In this document: in pieces, positions 13,027 through 23,781 of the stretch
Numbering within the stretch: position 1 is the stretch's first letter
Layout of the letters: every line of letters begins with the position of its first letter
Assembly: GCA_051294375.1 (NCBI GenBank)
Contig: CM119268.1
Span: 13,415,437 to 13,479,436 of the forward strand
Length of the DNA stretch: 64,000 nt
Direction of reading: 5' to 3'
DNA from: Paraspadella gotoi
Taxonomy: Eukaryota > Animalia > Chaetognatha
The notes under the pieces: generated by a model
The model's input: only the letters and a program-made list of their open reading frames with translations
Database searches by the model: none
Told to the model about the DNA's origin: nothing
Translations under genes and position numbers: made by a program

Positions 13027-14247
13027 TTAAGTCAATATATCAGGACCAGAGTAGTCGCACATAAGACATTTGTACGGCTTAGTTTTTGTCTTTTCTTTCT
13101 CATGCACCAATTTGTGCCTGTCCAAATTTCCTTTGCTTTTCGTCGCGTAACCACATATTTCGCAGACAAAGGGATTTTCCCCCGAGTGACGCAACATGTG
13201 ATTTTTAAGAGTTAAGCTTGTCGACAAACCAGCATGACAAATTTTACATTTATATGGTCTTTCTCCGGTGTGACTTCGATGATGAAGGTCGATTGCCATT
13301 TTAGTTCTCGCTGCGTAGCTACAATATGAACATTTGAAAGTTCTCTCCGGCTTAGGGAATCCCAAATGTTTCCTCTGTTTGTGCGCTGTTAGGTGGTGCC
13401 TGTACACAGGTTGGTTCAGTTGAAATAGAATATTTATTAATGATGATATTCAATCATCCTTTATTCCTTTTTTTTTTATTTAATTTTATTTTATTTTACG
13501 TTTTTCCCTATCTGTTATGTTTTTATATCTTCTTTTTTCTCTTAGGATGTTTTATACATACATGTACGACGTACGTGTACCTGTACGACCTGTACGCGTA
13601 CATGTGCGTACGATTTGTACGTATAACACTCATATTATGATAATCCTTTCTTTTCGTTGAGTTTTGATGTTTAGCGAAAACATATTAGATATGCGTACCC
13701 AACGGAACCAACCTATAGTAGGTTACAAATATACATTTGTCGCAATTCCATTTTTTAACTCCTTTTGAATCAAATACGAAGTTCGCTTTCGGCGAGTTTA
13801 AGTTGTTGCCACTTTTGGTTTTACTCGAAAGAGAAACTGATTCGTCTCTTTTTTCGACTTTTGGATTGAACGGTTTTTCGGGTGAAACAGTTGGGACAGC
13901 TGTGAATCTTGCTGAGCGTCTAGGCCGATTCCGTTCAGCTTGACCGTTTCCCATTCGGATCTTTTGATTCTCTTCGGTGTTCGACTCCCCGGGAGTTTCG
14001 CCCTCTTCGTCGGAGACGCTGTTTGTGTTGACCGTGCTTACTGTCGTTGCTTGACTTGTTGTTTTCTTGCCAGTTTGTTCGTTCGCATCCTCGTCCGTGT
14101 AATCCTTATGAGACACGAAGACAACATCGTTTCTCCCTTTCACGCTGTTCATGAAATCTTCGCAAGCTTTGCAGTGGTAATGAGCCACCTTGTCGGTCGG
14201 GGCGAGCTCGTCTTTGGTCAGATCCTCCTCCATATTTGGGAAATATC
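13027..14247 (-). CDS. C2H2 zinc-finger protein, spliced (exons 14247/14233-13713 and 13399-13027; possible upstream exon 14670-14615)
   Basis: GT..AG intron 13712-13400 joins the two ORFs in frame and completes a finger (WNCDKCIFVTYYR|HHLTAHKQRKH). Three more complete fingers follow with TGERPY and SGENPF linkers, then a truncated fifth (YKCLMCDYSGPDILT*). N-terminal part is acidic/Ser-Thr rich. Confidence 0.88.
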
Positions 14248-15137
14248 CTTCAAATTTAAAAAAAAGGGTTATAAATGTTTTTTTTTAATGTTTTATGAAT
14301 AACTCAATGCAACGACGAACAAAATGACACAGAAATAACACAGAATAAATGTAATATTTTTCTTGACGGGTGTAGAATAATTAGCAAAATAAGTGACGTG
14401 TGATATTTCTTTTCAGTGGTGCAAAAGCAAAGCGACGGATGATCATTTATGACGAAAATTTTTAATTTCTAATTTTTTTATTTTCATCCAGTACAGCTTT
14501 AGTTCCACTTTACAATCAAGTGACGGACTGGCAGTTTCGAAATAAAAACTCGTTTAGAGGGCGCTAGGAACTCCAATTTCAAGCCCGATTCTAATCGAAA
14601 CAAAATGTACTTACTTAAAGTAGATTTTGAGGTCCTCGGACCCTGTCTTTGGTAAATGTCAATGTATAAACTTAAAAATAGGATAACATTGGATTTGTAA
14701 CGGGTGTAATATTATGATGTGAAATCCAAACGCGCAATAAGATATATATTAATCTCTATGATTTAAAAGCTTTTATAGGCATAATCCCGAGATGCTAGTA
14801 ACTTTCGTAAAATAGTATATACGATCTTTCTTTCTCGTTGATTGCTTTTGATTGATACAATTACAAGCGAAATTAAATGTACGTAGTTGTTGGCGAAACA
14901 AAGACGAAATTATTAGAATTTATAATTGATATGTACAGAACATAATTTTTTCCTTTAAAAATAAAATTTAAATTAAAATGTTGCGTGATAAAGAGTCTCT
15001 GGAGGTTTGGTAGGTGATTGATGAGCAGAGACTGAACTAATGAGAGGCTTTTAATGATCCTTAGTTAATTCTTTTATTTTAAAGTCATGGTGTGCAGGAG
15101 CTTTTTAATTCTTTCTTTGTTTCCTCAACTTTCTTTT

Positions 15138-15139
15138 TT

Positions 15140-15231
<92 letters not shown>
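15138..15231 (+). repeat. (TTTC)n microsatellite
   Basis: Directly visible. Confidence 0.95.
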
Positions 15232-15462
15232 TCCCCTTCAAAGAGCAACGTCCCTTACGAGAAAAGAAATGATTTGTGTGGGAAGGGATTTCGTCCTTCT
15301 AGTCGTCGTCTGGTCGCCCTCGCTCCTCCATTACGTCAATAGCCGCCCTCCCTCCCTTTGCTTCAGAGGCTCTGGCATTTTGCAGAAACTGCAAGAAAAC
15401 TGAATAAGAAAAAAAAAGATTTCGTCTCATATTGAAAACGGAATTTTTTTAATATTGTTAAC

Positions 15463-16100
15463 TCAGCAGATTCGAGCGAGCTGGCGACGGAGACGGCGAT
15501 AAACATCGAATACTGTTAAATTGTTAATTACGCTCTTTCTTCTATTAAAAACAAACCTTTAATCCACAAATCGAGCATGTTGACGCTCGGACTTCCGCAC
15601 AGACGTAATTTCCGGTTAAGAACCCTGGCGACGCCGCCGCCGCCGACGACGCCGGCGATTCGCTTCCACGACGTGGAATCCCTCGTCGACGCCCACAGGC
15701 GCCGACGACGCCGTCGAAGGCGTCAACCTCGCTTCGACTTTTGGGCGCCACGGGAAGCGTTGGCGCCGTGGCACCGCGACGCGGAAGTCGGCGCCAGAAA
15801 CGGACGTGGAATTTTTACGCGTGAATCTCGTTGGTCAGCGACGAAATAAGAAAATTGTCTTCTCCGAAAAAAACACGATCTCACTGAAAAACTATTATTT
15901 AAAAAAAATTGGTGCCCTCATTCTGGGTCAGATTGACCTGGATTCCATCTCACATCTCGATTTTCGAAATTTAACGAATTTTAAGGAACCGTTGGAAAGT
16001 GAAAGACTCACCAACGTGTGAACTCTAATGGCGAAAGATTCGCCGACTAGTGAATCTTTTTCCAGTATCACTACTGTCTCTCGTCTCGCCGACCTTCGTC
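15463..16100 (-). other. Possible exon chain of an unidentified gene
   Basis: Donor GTGAGT after ...VVILEKDSLVGESFAIRVHTL (~16012), GC-rich block 15558-15830, 44-nt GT..AG intron 15557-15514; one reading is RKLRLCGSPSVNMLDLWIK|VFDVYRRLRRQLARIC*. Confidence 0.3.
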
Positions 16101-16165
16101 TGACTTTGAATTTTCAAGGAGATGAGAAACGGAGGAGGGGTTGTCTCTCTCTCTCTGTCTCTCTG

Positions 16166-16220
<55 letters not shown>

Positions 16221-17059
16221 AGGACGAATCTTGTATGCGGCGCTGATGATATCCATTCCCATTTTCGGAGACGTCGTTTCTGTGGAAATCAAAGACTTAA
16301 AAACTTTTACAACTTACACTGGTTGTGGATTCTCTTCATATTCTCCGGGATATGTTCAGCAAACTTTTGAAGATAATTATCACAAACTATTGTTAGTATT
16401 CTGGACAGTGGACAAGAAGAAAATTAGCGATATGTGTATGTTTGGATTTGCTTCTGATATTCGTGCACAAATATGCTATTTATTGCAAATTTCACTTCGT
16501 CTCTTGATTATTAATTCACCAAGTAAAGAATTTGTTTTATTTTCAATTTGATTACATGAATAGAAAAATTTGTCACTTTTTTTGCAATGGAAATATTTAA
16601 GACAGTTTGTGATTTTCAATTGAGCAATGAGAATTGAATATTTTCCTGACCTGTTCGCATTTACGCAACGCAACGTTATGTCGCCAAAAATATTTTCTTT
16701 TTTCAATTCATTTGCTCCGACAGTTCTACTTTTACTTAACAATTTAAAACAAATTTCAAATAGAAAATTACTAATCACAAGGAAACGCCGAAAATGATTA
16801 ATTGCTCTGCGAATCTACTCGAGAGGTTTGCGTGCCGCTAGGGGAAATAAAACACCAGCCCGACATCCAAGATTAACTCTTTTTAAAGTTCATATAATAG
16901 TTATAGTTAATAGTTATATTTCTCGATGCAGATTTGATATAGTAAAAAGTAATACCAAAATAGGACTACGATAATATCACATACGCGGCCTTTATTGGGT
17001 GAAGAATTTTAAAACAAAGGGGAAAAATCTTAAAAGCATAAGGATCAAGCCATGATGAT

Positions 17060-18323
17060 ATGAGTCGGCAGGTGAAAGACTGTGGAAAATATTTGTTATT
17101 CATTTGAAAAGGATTTAGAAACAAGATTATTGGGTGGCAAATTAAGTGGCAGATTGGGAAGTTTTAAAAAAAGAATCTTATTGGTAATGTACTGGGTACA
17201 TTAAATGAGTGATGGGACTGTAGAGTGGGGAAACTTAATTAAACGGGCAGTTAAAATTTGGCTATTGGAACTTATTTAATCATGAGGGTATCTCGATTGG
17301 TATTTGCTATTCAGTATTGAGGACCACATATCTATATCTTTTGTTTATTAGCGTCTGTTTTGTTATTATTAATATAGGTTTGAGTATTTATTAGCGTCTC
17401 ATTTTGTTTTTAGCGTCTCTTTGTTTTTAATTAGCGTCTTTTGTTTTTATTAGTGTCTTTCTGTTTTATTAGCGTTTTATTAGCGTTTATTAGCGTCTTT
17501 TGTTTTTATTAGTGTCTTTATGTTTTTAGCGTCTTTGTTTTTATTAGTGTCTTTCTGTTTTAGCGTCTTTTGTTTTTATTAGTGTCTTTCTGTTGATTAT
17601 TATTTAAAAATATGTGTATGTGTGTATATATATATATATATATTTGATTGTAGTTTTTTATTTCTATTAATAGCGTTGTGGTCCCTCTGCCCTTTACTTT
17701 AACACATTGTAAATTATAAATTTTTGGGTATATGTATACTACACTAAGCATTAATACTTATAATGACGTTTTATAAAATAAAACCATGAGTCGTTTACGT
17801 TTTTCGTTTTACATTTTACGCATTAACACTTTTTATACTAGACATTTTTTGTTTTTTACTTTAAACACTTTTTTACTTTTTCGGTTTTACGATTATAAAA
17901 ATTATTTTAAAAAAATCCTAGTTTTGCCCTTTACTTTAACAATTATAATTATACATTTTAGGTATATTTCATTTATGCTTTATATTTTTTCTTTTGTTCT
18001 TTTTTCATAATTTTTGTTTTTGTTTTTACTTTTTATTAACGTTGTTTTTTTTTATGCTTTATATTTTTTTGTTTTTGTTTTTGTCTTGAGTCCATTTAAA
18101 CGTTTGTGTCTTTTGTTTTTTTGATGTTTTTTTTGTTTAAAAAATTTGAATTTTGAACGTTTCTTATGAATTAGTTCATAACATTTTATTTATGAGTCAA
18201 TTTAAACGTTAGTGTCTTTTTTTTTTCTGTTGAATTTTAATAGTTTAGTTTTACTTGTTTACTGCTTTCTAGTTTTTTACACTGATACTGTTTTTGATTT
18301 TGTCAATACTGTTTTTGGTATTA

Positions 18324-18364
<41 letters not shown>
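17060..18364 (+). mobile_element. Second copy of the same LINE: ORF2 tail, T-rich 3' UTR and poly(A)
   Basis: 17061-17425 matches 22671-23040 apart from small indels; continues through TTTTATTAGCGTC repeats and T-rich sequence to AATAAA (18323) and a 39-nt A run (18326-18364). Confidence 0.7.
17340..17592 (+). repeat. Degenerate ~19-21-bp tandem repeat (TTTTTATTAGCGTCTTTTG) in the LINE 3' UTR
   Basis: More than ten visible TTAG(C/T)GT cores. Confidence 0.8.
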
Positions 18365-18365
<1 letters not shown>

Positions 18366-18876
18366 GAGTTCAGTTTCTGCACTGACTGTACAGCGGCCTT
18401 CAAGCAGCTGTCCAGCTTTTTCTCTCTTTCTCTCTCTTTCTCTTTCTGTCTCTTTCTCTCTTTTCGATCTCTTGCGTGATCGTTCTTTTTTTGAAAAATT
18501 ATGATTATGTTTTTCTTTCTAAAAACTTTTATTCGGGGCTTTTTTTCTCAATACAAAATCCTAAATTTACATCCGAGATTTTCGTGGATACATTTTTTAA
18601 AAAAGTGAAGAATAACTTATATTGACATGCATTTTCACATATAAATCAGCTAATGTGACTATTATATATGCAGCACTTTCTGAATCGTTTAAAAACGAGT
18701 TCAGTTTCTCTCTGTCTCTCTTTGTGTGCGATCTCTTGCGTGATCGTTCGTTTTTTGAAAAATTCTGATTATTTTTTTCTTTCTAAAAAACATATATATT
18801 TGATCAGGCGCGGCCTTTTCTGAATCGTTTTAAAAAAAAGTTCAGGCTCTCTCTCTCTCTCCCTCCGTCTCCCTCC

Positions 18877-18923
<47 letters not shown>

Positions 18924-19286
18924 ACAAAAAAAAAAAATTATTCCCTTTGTTTTACCACCGTTTTTTGAAAAATTCTTATTTTTCTTTCCTTCTAAAAACT
19001 TTTATTATCGCCATTTATTCCGCGCTTCTTTCTCAATACAAAATCCCAAATTTACATCTGAGATTTTCGTGGATTTTTTTGAGAAAATGTGAAGAATAAC
19101 TTACTTGACCTGGATTTCGTGGCCGTTGCGGGGGCAACGAGTAAACAATGTCGAGGAACATGACCTGATAACGCGTTTTGATGGCAACGGAAACGTTACG
19201 TGTATAAAAAAAATCAACTTGACCGAGATCACGCCGATATAAACAAGAGTGACCTAATATTGCGTATCGTTGGCGGGAAACTTTCT

Positions 19287-19385
<99 letters not shown>

Positions 19386-19432
19386 TTTACAAAAAAAAAA
19401 TTTATTCACTTGTAAACGAGTAAACGAGTTCC

Positions 19433-19478
<46 letters not shown>

Positions 19479-19693
19479 CTATCTGTCTCTCTCTCTCTTT
19501 CTCTCTTTCTATCTCTTTTTTTTGTACAAAAATAATTTTTAGTCACCTTTTTTTCACCCTCCGTCATTAAACGAGTTCCGGCTCTCTCTATCTCTCTCTC
19601 TCTCTTTTTTTTTTTACAAAAAAAAATTTTTTAGTCACTTTTTTTTCACCAGGCGACAGAGTAAACGAGTAAACGAGTTCCGGCTCTGTTCAG

Positions 19694-19750
<57 letters not shown>

Positions 19751-20450
19751 AATGTACGATCGTTCGTTTTTTGAAAAATTCTTATTATTTTTTCCTTCTA
19801 AAAACTTTTATTATCGCCATTTATTTTTTTACTCTATACAAAATACCAAATTTACATCCGAGATTTTCATGGATTCATTTTAGAAAAAAATGCAGGCAAT
19901 GTCACATGTACATCAGCTTGCTGCTGTACATATAGCTGCTATATGTCCGGCAATTGTGCGGCTTAATTTAATTGCATATATAACTTTCAACAAAAAAAAA
20001 ATTTTTGTTTTTGTTTATTACTGTAACTTTGGACCGGTCGGCCCACTATTGGCAAATTATATCTAAAATAGGAGTTGAGAAGAGAGATATTGTCAAATTA
20101 AACATTACTTTTTTTGTTATTCTAACAATTTTTAAAATTTTAAAATTGGAAATTTTTTTTAGTGTATATTATTAATCATTTTTATTTTTTTTAAAATAAT
20201 AATTATTGAGTTGGGATAAATATTTATAAATTAGTTAAATATGCAAATATGAAATTTGACCTCGGTCTGGTTTCTTCTTTAAAAAAAGAACAATCTAAAA
20301 TTTCATTCAAGATTAAACTTTTTTAAGATGAGGACATAAAATTTTTTTTGATAAGTAAAAAAAATATTAGAAAGGAAAAGAGTTCGTCCCTACTCAGATA
20401 CGTCGAAAAACGAGTTCAGCTCTGCAGGGCGGTCCAGCTTCTCTCTATCT

Positions 20451-20513
<63 letters not shown>

Positions 20514-20664
20514 CTCTCTTTTCTTCTATTTATTCCGCCATTTATCCGCGCTTTTTTCTCAATACAAAATCCCAAATTTACATCCGAGATTTTCGTGAAT
20601 TTTTTTTCTAAAAATTTTGATTATTCTTTATATAAAAGAGAGTGAAAACTGACCAGCCCTCTCA

Positions 20665-20720
<56 letters not shown>
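18362..20720 (+). repeat. Composite degenerate repeat array with (CT)n cores
   Basis: AAACGAGTTC at ~18362, 18693, 19422, 19569, 19671, 20408, usually followed by (CT)n; ATACAAAATCCCAAATTTACATCCGAGATTTTC at ~18550, 19035, 19836, 20561. Confidence 0.75.
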
Positions 20721-20738
<18 letters not shown>

Positions 20739-20771
20739 TCATTCATACACGCATTTGTTTGTTTTATTTAC

Positions 20772-21068
20772 GATGAATGACTCATCGCGTCAATGAATGA
20801 CTATCATCGCATCAATGAATGATTATCATCATATCAATGAATGATTATCATCACATCAATGAATGACTATCATCGCATCAATCATTTGATTATCATCACA
20901 TCAGTTATTTTATTATCATCGCATCAATTATTGGTTATCATCGCATCAATATTTAGTTATCATCGCATTAATATTTGGTTACCATCGAAAGCTGGCTCGA
21001 TCCCTATTGCTTTTAAGATTTTTCCCTAAAAATTCTGATTGCGTTTCGTTGGCGGGAAAACTGTCCAG

Positions 21069-21148
<80 letters not shown>

Positions 21149-21215
21149 ACTCATACACGCATTTGTTTGTTTTATTTACGATGAATGAATGACTATCATC
21201 GCATCAATGAATGAC
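20772..21215 (+). repeat. 21-bp minisatellite (ATCATCGCATCAATGAATGACT-like), with the (CT)n plus array head duplicated at 21060-21215
   Basis: About 10 units 20772-20985, decaying 3'; the lead-in CATACACGCATTTGTTTGTTTTATTTACGATGAATGA recurs at ~21152 and runs into the gap. Confidence 0.8.
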
Positions 21216-21429
21216 NNNNNNNNNNNNNNNNNNNNNNNNNTTGATATTGATTTCGGGTGAGCTTCTTTGTGACGTCGTCGTCGTCGTCGTCGTCGGCCGT
21301 CACTCGTGTTTTAAATAAAAACACTACGCTGCTTTTATAGGTTTGGCTGTCACTACCGTTTTTTTTTTTTAAATAAAAATTATTATGAATTATTCTAAAG
21401 TTTTACAAAAGTGTTGCGATCATAGTAAG

Positions 21430-21730
21430 TTAAAAAATTAGATATGGCTTCTCAACTTGAAATAGCTTTGATATTTTCTTATTACATTTGGGATTTAAGT
21501 ATTTTTTTGTTTGAATTTCCACTTCATTATGATTTACTGCAATATGCAAATGAGATTATAGTACTGATTATAATATCCAAATGAGTATATAGAAATGCTT
21601 TAAGCTAATTTACATATTGCAGTAGTATAATATTGAAGATGAAATTCAAAAAAATTTTTTTAAATTTCTTAATAAAAATGGGACATCAAATGGATTTTTT
21701 TAATGAGAAGCTTTATCCTTAATTTTTAAT
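21430..21730. mobile_element. Degenerate hairpin/MITE-like inverted repeat
   Basis: Symmetric pairs about ~21579: GCTTCTCA/TGAGAAGC, GAATTTCCACTTCA/TGAAGATGAAATTC, TACTGCAATATGCAAA/TTTACATATTGCAGTA; ends and TSD not resolved. Confidence 0.55.
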
Positions 21731-21865
21731 ACAAATAAAAATAAAATCTTTTACAAGCTGCGATTGGAAAAAATTGGAAAAAGTTTCCAATTGTAAAACC
21801 ATTGTAACATTTTTTGCCTTTCTTTTATTTATTTTATTTCTTTTATTCTTTTATTTTTAAGAAAA

Positions 21866-23040
21866 AACGCCTTGGTCATGCTTGCCTTTCAAATTTGAAC
21901 CGGGTAGTTTGCCTGTTGATGGTTACCATTTATTATATAATACAAATGTGACTGATTCAAATGGAATAGTTTTAAAGTCGTTTAGTAATATAGTAGAACG
22001 AGGAATTAAGACTGTTGGTCAATTTCTTGAATATGCCAATGAATGAAACTCCTCACGCTCTCAGAGGAAAAGGATTTTTTGGATATCCAATGTAGAGTAA
22101 GGGAACAAGTTGAAAATATTGTCCCAACTGATCATCCTCCTGGACTTCATTTTAGAGGTAAATGGAGCCAATAGAAGGTTGAGTGAAATGTCATTTCGGA
22201 AACTTATTCTCAATTGAGAGTTAATTTAAAAGTAGTAAGGCATTATGAAGAGAAATGGGAAAGAGTACTTGGAATTAGTTTAACTAATGAGTGGAGGGCC
22301 ATCTGGGAGCCAATTATGTACTCTGATACTTCTTACTATGTTAGATCTTCTATTTGGCGCCAGGTAAATTTAAATTTCTGGACAGCATACATGGATTATG
22401 CCTAGTAGGAAGAGTGATGCTTTTGTGATCTTTGTGGTGTTGTAGCACGTGAAAGATGGCATATTTTGACTCCACTGCGGAAAAGTTGGGTTGTAAGGAC
22501 TATGGAGAAATTGAGTGTGACACTGTTCAAATTTGATGATAGCAAGTAGATAACCGAGAGATGAGCTTAGGCTTAATAGGACAAGGGGTTAAAGTGAGGT
22601 TAAGAAATAAATTAGGATTTATTTTAAGATCTGTTATATTTCAAGATGAGAGCACAGAGGATAGGAATGTTGAGTCGGCGGTTGAAAGACTGTGGAAAAT
22701 ATTTGTTATTCATTTGAAAAAGGATTTAGAACAAGATTATTGGGTGGCCAAATTAAGTGGCAGATTGGGAAGTTTTAAAAAAAGAATCTTATTGTGGTAA
22801 TGTACTGGGTACATTAAATGATGATGGGACTGTAGAGTGGGGAAACTTAATTAAACGGGTTAAAATTGGCTATTGGAACTTATTTAATCAATGAGGGTAT
22901 CTCGTATTGGTATTTGGCTATTCAGGTATTGACGGACCACATATCTATATCTTTGTTTATTAGCGTCTTGTTTTGTTATTATAATATAGGTTTGAGTATT
23001 TATTAGCGTCTCATTTGTTTTTTTTAGCGTCTCTTTGTTT
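21866..23040 (+). mobile_element. L1/Tx1-clade non-LTR retrotransposon, 3' part of ORF2 plus start of 3' UTR (frameshifted)
   Basis: Translates with frameshifts to ...HLLYNTNV...ERGIKTVGQFL...YEEKWERVLG...EWRAIW...VRSSIWRQV...FCDLCGVVARERWHILT/HCG...LW..., the C-terminal CxxC...H...C (zf-RVT type) region of L1/Tx1 ORF2. Confidence 0.78.
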
Positions 23041-23341
23041 ATCCAATCTCTTCTCTCTGCCTGAACCGGCTTCGCCGGTCATGGCTTGATAAAAAGTGGA
23101 ACTGATAAGATACATTGGTAAAACGTTAAGGGACATTGAAGCTGAAATCCCCTCAACTGGATTTCATCCGAGATATATCTCTCAGGACAGAAAAACGGAC
23201 CCTTAACTCAATTTGGCGGAAAACCTTTTATGCCACCGTTGGCTCCATACCAAAACACAACAGTTTTTTTTTTCGTTTTTCCATTTTCGAACTGGATCGA
23301 AAAAAGGAAATCGGGGAGACAAAGCTAGAGAGTGAGAGAAG

Positions 23342-23449
<108 letters not shown>

Positions 23450-23741
23450 AACAAGAAAAGAGAGTAAATTACATTAATGTAAAATATTGTGATAATTAAT
23501 GGGCTAGCACGAAAAGTTCCCCGCTCACTGCCAAGTCTTAAAGCTTTGCGCGACTTGGGCCAAAAGACAAACAGGTATTTTTTTCCCTGTTTTTTTTTTT
23601 TTTTTTGTGCAGCTTTGACGCCAAGAGTATATTTGTGCTATTCTAGCCAAATGAGTTTTTGCGAATCCACTTTCTTAAATATATTTTTCGATTTAGTTTA
23701 AACTTTCTATACAAAATGTTATTTTTTTTAGTTGATAAGAT

Positions 23742-23781
<40 letters not shown>

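Noticed and set aside
19097-19270. U1 snRNA-like start (ACTTACTTGACCTGG)
   Set aside because: Does not match ATACTTACCTGG and no U1 stems or Sm site follow
20772-20990. CRISPR-like array (also considered for 29288-29470)
   Set aside because: Eukaryotic context, no cas genes, spacers too short or repeats too inconstant
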